This document shows positions 1 to 13,600 of a stretch of DNA of 64,000 nt, one piece after another. This DNA is from Hormiphora californensis (lineage: Eukaryota; Animalia; Ctenophora). The notes under the pieces were generated by a model. That model was given only the letters and a program-made list of their open reading frames with translations. It was not told the origin of the DNA and did no database searches. Position 1 is the stretch's first letter. Every line of letters starts with the position of its first letter. The stretch covers positions 1,922,001-1,986,000 of the forward strand of contig CM035353.1 in assembly GCA_020137815.1 (NCBI GenBank), written 5' to 3'. A program made the position numbers and the translations under genes.

Positions 1-927
1 CCAGCATGCCCGTATCCATATTGAGTGTCAGGGAATTGGGCCACTCAAGGTCCTCTCGAAGCAATACCTTCATATCTGCAGGGGGTGATGGGGTAAGTGA
101 TAAGTGATAACCCCTTCATATCTGCAGGGAGGGGTAAGTGATAACCCCTTCATATCTGCAGGGATGGGGTAAGTGATAACCCCTTCATATCTGCAGGGAG
201 GGGTAAGTGATAACCCCTTCATATCTGCAGGGATGGGGTAAGTGATAACCCCTTCATATCTGCAGAGATGGGGTAAGTGATAACACCTTCATATCTGCAG
301 AGATGGGGTAAGTGATAACACCTTCATATCTGCAGAGATGGGGTAAGTGATAACACCTTCATATCTGCAGAGATGGGGTAAGTGATAACACCTTCATATC
401 TGCAGAGATGGGGTAAGTGATAACACCGTCATGAATGATGGGATTGAGCTGGGATATACGGTGTGGTGAAACCTACCGCTCCACAAACAAACAAACCTAC
501 CACTTCACAGACAAACAAACCTACCGCTCCACAAACAAACAAACCTACCGCTCCACAAACAAACCTACCACTTCACAGACAAACAAACCTACCGCTCCAC
601 AAACAAACCTACCACTCCACAAACAGACCTACCACTTCACAGACAAACAAACCTACCACTCCACAAACAAACCTACCACTTCACAGACAAACAAACCTAC
701 CACTCCCGTCAGTTCTCATCCTAGCTATGAAGCTGTTGCCCCAGTCCGCAATAAACAGATAACTATGCCGGGTGTCAACCACTAATCCCCGTGGTTTTTT
801 CAGTCCCATCACGGAGAGAGACTTCCTGTACTTCCCCTCCAGGGAGCATACCTCGACCCTGCCCGTTACCGAGTCAGAGAAGTAGAGGAGACGGTTCACC
901 CAGTCGACCTGCCAGCCCGTCAGGCGT
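1..927 (-). CDS. LRP-like host gene: propeller G exons (gene continues beyond the window)
   Basis: 701-927 ([18 protein letters not shown]...PRGLVVD...LFIADWG) and <1-75 (LEWPNSLTL). Confidence 0.9.
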
Positions 928-1267
928 CTGTGGAGGAGTGGTGGGGGGTTAGTCAATATATGAGCTAATTAATGGTTTGTAGGGGAGTGGGGGGTTAGTA
1001 AATGAGTTGCTCCATCACTAAATTCAATGTGGCAATTATACAAACTCCAATATTATAATCCAAACTCTTATTAAATATAATCCCTCGGCCCAATGGATAT
1101 ATTTCTCTCCCAACAACATGTTTTACAACACGAGGGATGCTGCAGTTCGACGGGAGAACGTGCTCACACAGTTTACTAACCCGACATTGCCCAATGTGAC
1201 CCCGCTGCATCCTGGGCCATCCTGTCAGAGCATTGACCCCCACAGATAGTGGGACAGATAGTGGGAC

Positions 1268-1349
<82 letters not shown>

Positions 1350-1355
1350 AGAGAG

Positions 1356-1430
<75 letters not shown>

Positions 1431-4400
1431 ATCATAGCAGATAGTCAGAGAGCGATCCATAGATTGAAGAGCACGTGTGGTGCGGTGGTTAAAAATATTC
1501 ACTCGCCACTCGCTCTCTCATGCAGTGCTACAGATAAAAGTCCTGCTGGTTGCTCATTCAGAGGACCAGTGCAGCAACCAACACATGTTGGGCTATCTGT
1601 TAGTATAGTAACGTAGCAGCTCCGTTTACTCCATCAGTATGAGACCTCATATTATCTTTACGGTACCCCTTTACCTGTTCCCTATAATCGAAGTCCTATC
1701 CTAATCATTCCCACTTTTGTCTGTTGCTCGTGCAAAATAAGGGTGCTATAACACCTTAATTTTGCAAAGCAAAAAAGCATCAAGGCATTCGCCCGGGGGG
1801 GGGGGGGGGGGGGGGGGGAATTAAAAGTTTCATTTATTTTCTGTAAGCGATGCTTCGAGTTGTTTCTGTTGCAGTACTACTGGGGATGATGGCGCTGGTG
1901 AGCGCTGATGTCAAGCTTGTCAATGATAATGCTGGTACAGATGGAACTGATATTTGTGTGAGAATGTGCTCCGGAACTACCGGTTAGTTTGTTATATGTT
2001 CGGCAGGTGAGTAGAACTTCGCTCCCAATAAAAGGCTGCAATAAAAGGCTGCAATAAAAGGCTGCAATAAAAGGCTGCATTAAAAGGCTGCAATAAAAGG
2101 CTGCAATAAAAGGCTGCAATAAAAGGCTGCAATAAAAGGCTGCAATAAAAGGCTGCAGTGGATCACATATCCAACTAGACTAAAGCGGTAGATACACCGA
2201 ATCGTCCTCCCCTAGTAGTGTTTCGTTTCACGTATCGGTCTCTACCATAGGCGGTAGAGAGACCGAATCACCCGCCCCTAATTATAGTGATTCGTGTCAT
2301 GTATCCAAATAAACCATGGGCGGTAGATAGACGGAGGTAGAGGTGAGAGTGAGAGATCCGAATCATGGACGACTAATCAAGTATGGTATCACGTATCATA
2401 ATATCCTCTAATGAAAGGTGGTAACCTATAATTTAACCTAATCGGTCCCGATACGTGATTACTGATTTTCTACCGCTATTCGCCAATAGTCTTTATTGTA
2501 TTGATCCACGATTCAGTAGAGTGGAATCACACAAGAACTATGATAGATGAGCCAAGTGGTTGGGTGGTTCACCTGTCATTGTGCTACACGCTCAATCAAT
2601 GGCTCTACCCTACTTCATAAGACCGACACTCTCAGTAGTTACTGACCACCTCTACTGAATCGTGGGTCGATACGGAAAGACTTAGGAAGGTTATTATACG
2701 GCGGTAGAGAATCACGTATCAGGACCAATGAGGTTTCATTATCAATTGGTAACCGCTTTTCATTAGAGGATACCATGGTATGTGATACCACACTCCTTTA
2801 GTTGTCAATGATTCTGATTTTTCACTCTCTCACTCTCAGTTCTCAGTCGCTCTCTATCTCGGTCTCTTTATCGCCTATGGTCTAGTTGGATACGTCGTGA
2901 CACGAATCACTGTTAGGGAGGGTAATTCGGTCTCTCTTCTGCCCATGGTTTATTTGGATACATGACACGAATCACTATAATTAGGGGCGGGTGATTCGGT
3001 CTCTCTACCGCCTATGGTAGAGACCGATACGTGAAACGAAACACTACTAGGGGAGGACGATTCGGTGTATCTACCGCTTTAGTCTAGTTGGATACGTGAT
3101 CCACTGCAGCCTTTTATTGCAGCCTTTTATTGCAGCCTTTTATTGCAGCCTTTTATTGCAGCCTTTTATTGCAGCCTTTTATTGCAGCCTTTTTTTGCAG
3201 CCTTTTATTGGGAGCGAAGTTCTACTCACCTGCCATATGTTCTAACCAGGAACCGACCGAATCAGGAAATACTGGTCCCTGATTGGCTGATAACCAGTCA
3301 CGTGACCTAAATAATGAGTTCTGATTGGTTGTTTACTTAATCCGGTCGGTTCCTGGTTCTAACCCTCCTTTACGAACACAGTCTAGCTAGGCAACGGTTA
3401 GTAATAATGTGTATTATTACTCTTCTTAGTTAAAGTAACAAACTCTCCCTCTCTTTCCCTAGTTAAAGTAACAAACTCTCCCTCTCAGGCACGGAGAGCA
3501 TAGATCACTGGTCGAATAACCATCATGGTAGTAGTATTATGCATACTGATATCGACATGTCTGGTTGTGCATTTGTTGCACCCCCTAACGTTGTTACCTC
3601 AGTCAACGGGAATGGGTACCAACGGTTCGCAAAAGGTAAAAACTAAAACATATATAGCAGGAACCAACCGAATCAGGAAATAATGGTGCCTGGTTGGCTG
3701 ATAACCAGTCACGTGACCTAAATAACGAGTTCTGATTGGTTTTACTTGTGTCGGTCGGTTCCTGACATAGATATAATATGGAGAAAGATATAGTGTCTAG
3801 CGAACCATGACTGAAAGAGTTTAATAACTCTTTCAGTCATGGTTTATAAATTGTTGGTTGAGTGTATCTATAAACTACTCTGATTATCCTCCAGTGGCAG
3901 CATGATCAGCTATGCTATGTTGTCCCTGGGGGATCTGAGCAGGATACAAGTTTGGATACTATTATTATTAACTCTATCCCCCCACACAGGAGGATCTGCG
4001 ACCTATTCCATCACCAACACCTCCTTCCGAGTCTATGTGGACACTGCAGATGGTGGACAAGAACTGGGTGGAACTGCAGGTGCAAGAAATCAAGGATGGG
4101 CCATTACTTGGATTGCAGTTGGTTACGCCTGCTAATCAGCTGGCCCGCCCATATATGGTGTTGTGCGACACGTGGTATGCCCATATATGGTGTTGTGTGT
4201 CACGTGGTATGCCCATATATGGTGGTATGAAACATTACTTGGATTGCAGTTGCTGAACTGACCCATAGATTGAGGAGCATGACTTGTTTGATGAGAGGGC
4301 CTATAGAACACTTGATATAATGGGATATCGTGCATTTAATTACTTTTCTTAGATTGTAGCTTTCTATAGTTTCTGATCTTCATATACTAGTAGTTTGGAT

Positions 4401-4565
4401 ATTATAATATTGTGTTCTCTAGTTTAATAATATCGAACTGTACCTCGAGTCCTGTTTTAATGACAGTCTCCCTACTTGAGCCGTCCATGTTTGATCGGTA
4501 GACAGCATTGTCCTTGACATCCGTCCAGTATATCTTAGATTCCTGGAGAAGAAATTAGGAGGGAA

Positions 4566-4622
<57 letters not shown>

Positions 4623-7600
4623 TATAGATAAAGAGAGATAGATAAAGAGAGAGATAGATCTGCACCTTCAGGTCATAGTCCACAATGACAGCCTGGGTCA
4701 GGTTGGCCACTATAGTCCTCGTGGTCCTAGTTTTCAGGTCTGTAGCGGTGATGGTCGAGGTCCCTGATACCAACAAGAATGGGTCTGCTCCGCAGTTCTT
4801 ACCATCCTGGTTTAGCGACACGCCTGAAGTGGTTATGAAGTGGTTATTATGGTATCGGGTGTCATGTGGTTTAGCGAAACACCTGAACAGTGCAGTTATT
4901 ATGGGATCGGGTGTCATGTGGTTTAACTACACCCCTGAATAGTGGTTATTATGGGATCGGGTGTCATGTGGTTTAGCGAAACACCTGAACAGTGCAGTTA
5001 TTATGGGATCGGGTGTCATGTGGTTTAACTACACCCCTGAATAGTGGTTATTATGGGATCGGGTGTCATGTGGTTTAGCGAAACACCTGAACAGTGCAGT
5101 TATTATGGGATCGGGTGTCATGTGGTTTAACTACACCCCTGAATAGTGGTTATTATGGGATCGGGTGTCATGTGGTTTAACTACACCCCTGAACAGTGGT
5201 TATTATGGGATCGGGTGTCATGGGATCGGGTCATTATATTGAGATCGGGTGTCAGAGAAAGAATTGAAAACGGATTTGCAGAGTTTCCTAGCAATATAGC
5301 GTATATGGTTTATAATACCTACCGTTTGAACATGCGCACACAGGTGATGTCATTTCCCCCGGGGCTCCAAAGCAAAACTCTTGGCAACCGAAATTAGAAC
5401 CAGAGCATCCATTAACCTCTAACATTTTGGGGAAATTATTCGTAAAAGAATTTAGTAGTAATTAGGTGACATGAAAAAACAGAGAACATAAGTATATTTT
5501 CTCTGTTTTTCATCGGGTCTACAAATAAAACCAGCGTACTCTATTTGTACAGCCGCGTAAGAATGGGGAAACTAAACTTCCTCACATTAAAAACAGTATA
5601 TACAACTTACTAAAGAATTTAGTGGGGGTAAAGAAGGCCATGTCAGAGGTTTCTGCTGAGGATGGCAACTGTCCAAATTGCCTCACATTACCACCGTCTG
5701 CTTTCCAGATCTTCCTATGAAGGGAAGGGCTTGTTACCATGAGGGGGTTGCCATGGTGAAAAATGTGAGAGTGTGGGGAGGGTGTTGTCATGGTAACAGT
5801 ACCTGCACTCTCCTCATTGTGTGTAAGAGTGTGTGGGGGAGTATTGTCATGGTAACAGTACCTGCTCTCCTCATTGTGTGTGAGAGTGTGGGGGCGTGTT
5901 GTCATGGTAACAGTACCTGTGTAAGAGTGTGGGGAGGGTGTTGTCATGGTAACAGTACCTGCTCTCCTCAGTCCAGTAAAGGTGTCCATCATGGGCCGCT
6001 ACACTAGTAGGATTCGTCACTGTATCAATAAGGGATGTGAGAGTGGTCGCAGTGGTCGATTTAGAGCTGGGTCCATCATTCAAGACATTGGACTCGTATA
6101 TCTTGTTTGCTGTTTTGAGTGTCACGTAAATTCTGTAAAAATATGTGATTTAGTTTTCAGAATATTAACTGTTCTGAAACGGTAGAGACATACAATAATA
6201 TGTGTATTAGAGCTCCAAGCTACAATAAATTACTTGTTAGTGACAGTATCAATAGCAAATCCCTGGGGCTGAGATGCAAGGGCAAATAGGGTTTCCCGGT
6301 TAGTTCCATCAAGGTTGGCACGTTGTACTTCAAATGTTTCCGCTTCTCCAAATACAACATAAAGTAGATACCTAAAAAGAGCATATTATTAAATGGTCTA
6401 ATCCGTGTGGTGAGTGGTCTAATCCAGTGAAAGAGAGGGTCAGGTAAGATATATATCTAGACCAGTTGCTTCTGGGAAGAATGTATGTCGTGCCTGGTGA
6501 ACTGTTTATAGCTACACAAGCTTCAGAAAGTCAGAAACCGACCGACACAAGTAAACAACCAATCAGAACTCATTATTTAGGTAACGTGACTGGTTATCAG
6601 CCAATCAGGGACCAGTATTTCCTGTACACAAGCAATTCTTACCCGGCTGAAGGATGAACTCTCAGATGACTTGCTCTGTGAAGCCCGTAAAGAAGGAGAT
6701 TTCGAGATATTGTTCCCTTGACACTGAGGACACCTGAATGTAGGATTGGATTTAACTTTACCACCTGAATGTAAGATTGTATTTAACTTTACCACGAGGC
6801 ACCGGAGCGGCGAGAGAATCTGAGAAACTGTAGGACACGGGTACCATGATCACAGGGTAAACTAACGTTGTTACCATGGTACACGGCGTGCCTGGTGAAA
6901 TTTTAACACGACCTAGCATGCAACGGGAAACCACCACTTGTACGTGGTAGCTGAGGGTCTACAGAATGGCGCTACGGTGCGGGATAAAAAAATCCATTCC
7001 CTAAAATCGTTTTTTTTACTTTTATTTGATTTGGGTCAAAATTGGCTATATTAAACGTGGTCCCGAAAAATCCATAATGACTTAGCACACGAAATATGTC
7101 ACCCCCACCTATTTTTGCACGTAGAATCGATTGCCGTTGAAGTCGAATCTCTAAAATGACTGTAAAATGGTCAAAAGTTGATTTTTTACCATTTTTTGGA
7201 GGTTTTTGGCCCCTAAACCATTGAAAACGTTGAGATAGGAATTTGAAACTAGTGCCAATCGTTAAAATGGTCATTTTTCTACCAAGAACCAAGTTTTCGT
7301 GTATATCCGATTTATGGTTAGATTTGGGCAAATTGTTGAAATCTGCCAACTAGGAGAACCGTAACTTTATTTTCTTGTTTTTTGGATTTTGGCATTTTTG
7401 ACAAACTTCTGATTGAAATGGTCAATCGGGACCGTGCTTAAGTTGTTCATGGGACAATTTTCGACTAAAATCCAAGATTTCATACCAATCCAATAACAGA
7501 TCGTTGATTTATAGAAAATTTAAGTAGGCAAAACGGTCAAAATAACAACTCTTCTTGCTTATTTTGACCGTTTTGCCTACTTAAATTTTCTATAAATCAA

Positions 7601-10600
7601 CGATCTGTTATTGGATTGGTATGAAATCTTGGATTTTAGTCGAAAATTGTCCCATGAACAACTTAAGCATGGTCCCGATTGACCATTTCAATCAGAAGTT
7701 TGTCAAAAATGCCAAAATCCAAAAAACAAGAAAATAAAGTTACGGTTCTCCTAGTTGGCAGATTTCAACAATTTGCCCAAATCTAACCATAAATCGGATA
7801 TACACGAAAACTTGGTTCTTGGTAGAAAAATGACCATTTTAACGATTGGCACTAGTTTCAAATTCCTATCTCAACGTTTTCAATGGTTTAGGGGCCAAAA
7901 ACCTCCAAAAAATGGTAAAAAATCAACTTTTGACCATTTTACAGTCATTTTAGAGATTCGACTTCAACGGCAATCGATTCTACGTGCAAAAATAGGTGGG
8001 GGTGACATATTTCGTGTGCTAAGTCATTATGGATTTTTCGGGACCACGTTTAATATAGCCAATTTTGACCCAAATCAAATAAAAGTAAAAAAAACGATTT
8101 TAGGGAATGGATTTTTTTATCCCGCACCGTAGCGCCATTCTGTAGACCCTCAGCTACCACGTACAAGTGGTGGTTTCCCGTTGCATGCTAGGTCGTGTTA
8201 AAATTTCACCAGGCACGCCGTGGGTAACTGCCACTGATCAGAGGGTAAACTAACGTTGTAATCATGGTAACTACCAATGATCAGAGGGTAAACTAACGTT
8301 ACCATGGTAACTGCCAATGATCAGAGGGTAAACTAACGTTACCATGGTAACTGCCAATGATCAGAGGGTAAACTAACGTTACCATGGTAACTGCCAATGA
8401 TCAGAGGGTAAACTAACGTTACCATGGTAACTGCCAATGATCAGAGGGTAAACTAACGTTACCATGGTAACTGCCAATGATCAGAGGGTAAACTAACGTT
8501 ACAATGTAGGATTTTATTATGCCTATAAGTTGTACCTGAAAACTTATAACACGAGACCGAAGGTCGAGTGTTATAAGTGCAACAATAATGACCCGAGACC
8601 ACAGGTCGAGGCAGATTCTTGTACTTTAGTGCACGAGCCTGCGAGTGCCACTAAGTGTGACTACCTCACGAGCCTGCGAGTGATGTAGTTTTACTTTTTG
8701 ACCGAGCCTGCGAGGTCTAAAAGTGTACGAATCTGGGACATTATTGTTGACGTCAGGTACAACGAAAACAGGCATAATAAAATTGCATTGTAAAATTTTT
8801 TAAACAAGAGTGAGAGACACTTTAGGGCGTAACAATAGAACAAATTCATGATAAGGTAGCAGGCAGAGAAATAAGTATAAGATAAGATAACGCCTGAGAT
8901 AGGTAAAGAGAGTGAGAGATAAGTGAGAGTGAGAGAGATAAAGAATGTGTGGGTCCGGGAGTTCGTAACCGTTATCTTGATCTCGATGCTGCAACGGCGT
9001 GAGAGTGTGACATAAAGAAAGAGAGAGAGGGAGTTCGTACACGTTTATCTTTCTAACGGTTTTTAAACGTGACAGAAACAGTGGAGTTCGAAGTGCAGCA
9101 GTGTTATAAGTTTTCATGTATCACTGGGGGGTGTTATAAGTGAAAACTTATAACACTGGGGGGTGTTATAAGTGAAAACTTATAACACTGCCCAGTGTTA
9201 TAAGTTGTAGAAGCAGTGCTACCTAAAGAATTATATTATATCTCAAAATTTTACAATGGTAACTACCAATGATCAGAGGGTAAATGCTACTACCTATATT
9301 AATGTTACCATGGTATCACTATAACAATTAACTCACATACATCATTCCCGAGCTAATTCGTGCAATCCCGACTCTATGATACATATCAAGACAGGTGGGC
9401 GGACTCTAGTGCTAACGGACTCTTTATCTAAATCCAAGGCGGACTCTATATCTAAAAACGGACTCTTTATCTACAGTTAGATTTTGAAAAAAGTTTAGAT
9501 AAAGAGTCCTCCCTGTGTAGACTTTTTAGATAAAGAGTCCGCCCTGTGTAGAATTTTTAGATATAGAGTCCTCTAGTACATTTTGGCGCCAAATCCTCCA
9601 ACCCGGACTCTATGTCTAAAATCCTAACCCAACCCAAAACCTAACCCTAACACTAACCCCAACCCTAACCTCGAACCCAAATAACGGCCCTAACACTTCT
9701 AAATTAGTATAGGGGTAGAGCAAACTCTCGTTTCCGGCCTAACGGCCGAAATCTCGAGTTCGCGGCGAAAGGCGGACTCTATATCTAATTTAGATTTATT
9801 TAGATATAGAGTCCACTTTGTTTAGACTTTTTAGATAAAGAGTCCGCCCTGTGTAGACTTTTTAGATAAAGAGTCCTCCTAGAGTTTAGACTTATTTGGA
9901 CTCTTTATCTAAATCTAAATTTAGATATAGAGTCCACTGTAGACTTAGAGTGTAGCACTAGTCGAGTCCGCACACCATCAAAGACACAACTTACCGATTT
10001 TAGACTTGGTGCTACCCTCAATAAAGTAGAGGTTTCGAGAACTCCAATCAAATGCAACACTCACTATGTCACTGAAGTTACCATCTGAAATATATCATGC
10101 AGTTAGATTTTGGTAATAGCTAGATAATTACAGTTCATATGTTAATTGGATACTTGAATAGCTGGATAATTACAGTTCATATGTTAATTGGATAGCTGGA
10201 TTCTCTGCAAGTCTCTCATTTTAACACAGATCTTTCTCCCAGTATAATGTTATTACCGTTGTGTAGACTATAGTGGTCGGTCTGGTTGCCAGTCACAATA
10301 GCGCCAGACACCTCGTCATGCCAAATCAGCTGCCTGGCATCGTAATCAAAATCAAAGGCATTCAATTGGGTTGCCATGGGGACCCTCTCGGTGTCTCCCT
10401 CTGTTCGGTACTTGTATAGTATTCCATCCGCCATGACAAGTAGGAAATCCGTGGATTCTATTAGTAATAAGGAATATTATTATAGGATGAGTGAAATAAC
10501 ACAAGACTGTTATCGTGGCTAGCCAAGACAAAAATAATACTAAGTTTCAATGGTTACTAAGTTTCCATGGTTACTAAGTTTCCATGGTTACTAAGTTTCC

Positions 10601-13600
10601 ATGGTTACTAACCAGGTCACTAAGTTTCTATGGTTACATACCAATGCAAGACTTCCCATCCGTATCAAGATGGTAGCCAGCGTGACAGGTACATTGTACC
10701 GTGGCGCTAGCATCTTTGACGTCGCACATGTGCTCACACCCTCCATTATTAACAAGACACAGACCATCTGAAGGGAGGGAGGGGTTTGTTGTTTCCATGG
10801 TTACTAAGTTTCCATGGTTAGGGGTTTGTTGTGAATAACTAAATAAGGGGGGGGGGTGGAGCCCATCTAGACTACTAAGGTGATGGAGAGGAATGTTTGG
10901 GTAAATAACGAACTTGAAATTGGGGGGAAAAGGAAATAAAATGGGCCTATTATAAACTTTCATCAACTACAACGTAAAACTATTTATTGAGGATGACAGT
11001 GAACTGTATGAGTCGAGTGCTGTAAATACACATATTTTGGGTGACAAGTCCCATGTTCACAGTTATCAGTTGTAGTACATGTTAATAATAGTGTACTTAC
11101 TGCATTCGCCCGTGGTACTGTTTTGAACGTAGAAGTCAGGACAGAGACAGCTACCCTTTCCCAAACAGAAGAACCCACACAGACATGCCATTCCCTGATC
11201 AGGGGTAGGTCCGATCAGCTGCATTGCATTGCCAGCACCACTCGATACCCTGTAATTGGTAATGAAATTACCCCTCCGGCCTCCGCAAAAGCTCATTATA
11301 TATGTGCAATATAATAACAGGGGTGACCTCGTAACCAACCTGTTATACGTCTTGACAGTGTCCCCGGTCTTCCTTAACTTGTACAGGCTCGTCCCGGTGC
11401 CGCTGACCAACAGGAACGAATCTGTGACTGCTAGGGATCGGACCATGCCTATCTCTGGGTCTATTGCCAGTGCCACGGGGTCAGTGGAAACAGTTTCCAA
11501 GAAGTTGAGGGAGAAAATGGAAGATTGATGGAACGATATGTAGAGGGTGGTACTGTTGTGGTCTACCGTTATATCCGTTATCACGCCTTTGTAGGAGACG
11601 GGCCACGATAGCAACTGTAGAGGAAACATGGGTCATTCATGGGTTCAAACTAGATGTAACTAGGATAGTAACTAGGTGTTATACTAGGTTAGTAACTAGG
11701 ATAGTAACTAGGATACTAACTAGGTGTTACTAGGTTAGTAACTAGGATAGTAACTAGGATACTAACTAGGTGTTACTAGGTTAGTAACTAGGATAGTAAC
11801 TAGGATAGTAACTAGGTGTTATACTAGGTTAGTAACTAGGATAGTAACTAGGATAGTAACTAGGCTAGTAACTATAAGGATAGTAACTAGGATAGTAACT
11901 AGGATAGTAACTAGGATAGTAACTAGGATAGTAACTAGGATAGTAACTAGGATAGTAACTAGGATAGTAACTAGGATAGTAACTAGGATAGTAACTAGGA
12001 TAGTAACTAGGATAGTAACTAGGATAGTAACTAGGATAGTAACTAGGACAGTAACTAGGCTAGTAACTAAATTATTTGGCAATACCTCGATTCGCTCGGC
12101 GGAGAGATCCATGTCATGTTTGTATAGTGCTACTTGGGCTGAGTTCTGCACCACAAAGAAGAACAGCTCCCTGTCCGGGCAAATCCTTAACATACTCAGA
12201 TACTCCCCTGAAACGGAGGTGAAGATGTGAGGTTGTGAGGTTGTGGGATGTGAGGTGAGGTTATTAGATGATGTTAAGTGAGGTTATGAGGTTATGAGGA
12301 TTAAGATGTGATGTTGTAGTAAGATTGCAGTAAGGCAGGAACCGACCGAAACAAGTAAACAACCAATCAGCTCTCGTTATTTAGGTCATGTGACTGGTTA
12401 TCAGCCAATCAGGGACCAGTATTTCCTGATTCGGTCGGTTCCTGAAGGATAATGAAGTGCTAAGTGGTATAATTCTGATGTTGTTGTTACCTGGACTGGA
12501 GTATATTTTCCGATGGAATCCTGGGGTGATAATGGAGACGGTATCATAGAGGGCTTGTTCGGGGGAGCTCCGGGTTATCGCCCATACCTGCCCAAACAGA
12601 TCCAAAGCCATGGACTCTATATCCACGTGTTCTGAAGGGCGGTTCATATTGTCAGCAGCTGACAATGTTTGGAGAGGGCAATCTTTTATAGTTACACCCA
12701 CTAACTACACCCACAACAACTTGTCATACCTTGTTCGACCCTCCCCCCACCCCACCCTCCCTCCCTCCCCGGCCCCGAACAAGTCACACCTATACCTGCA
12801 AGGATTGTGTTTTGAGGCAGCTCCGCTTGTCGGTTACTGAAACTAATGGTCTGAGTCTCATTGTTCCACCAATACACATGGTCCCCCTGGAGGGCCACCA
12901 CCGAGAATCCTCCAACTCCCCCCGACTGGAAGATACGCAGAGCAGTGAACGTGTACTGCTCCCCTTCGGGAGGGATCTCCTGGGAACTATAGAGGGCCAG
13001 ACGGGAGTAGACGCTCATTAGCACTTCGTGCTTCTTATCTGAGGATCAGGGAGTTTGAATACGGTTGTCTGAGGAGTGAGAACAGGGAGTTTGAATACGG
13101 TTGTCTCAGGAGTGAGGGGGAGTGGTTGCCATGTGTCTGTGGACCACTCTCGGGGACACCCAATTGGGGGCCCGACCACTTAGTGCAGGGGGATACAATT
13201 AACAAGGTAGAGAGAAATCAATGATGAGCAAGGTTCTACTTGAGTGTTTTACACAAACCAAAAAAAACCCCCCCCCCCATACCAATAAAGTACGGTGTGA
13301 ACTGTGAGCCACAAACAAGATTTGTAAAGCATCAAACTTATTACGTACGAGTGCATTTTCCGTCGGGTCCCGGGTAGTGCATCTCATCACAAAGGCAATG
13401 GGGCGTTCCATTATTATCGGTCAGGCAGATTCCTTTACCACAGATGTCAGCAGAACATGCAGTATTACCCTTGTCCACACTCTACCTCTACCTCTACTAC
13501 CTGCAGAAAGAAGTGTTAGTAGTAGGCTAGTAACACCTAGTTACACCTGGTTACACCTAGTTACACCTAGTTACACCTAGTTACTAGCACTCTACCTCTA

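Noticed and set aside
6972-8132. Two identical 125-aa ORFs on opposite strands
   Set aside because: They are mirror products of the palindromic element and have no transposase motifs.
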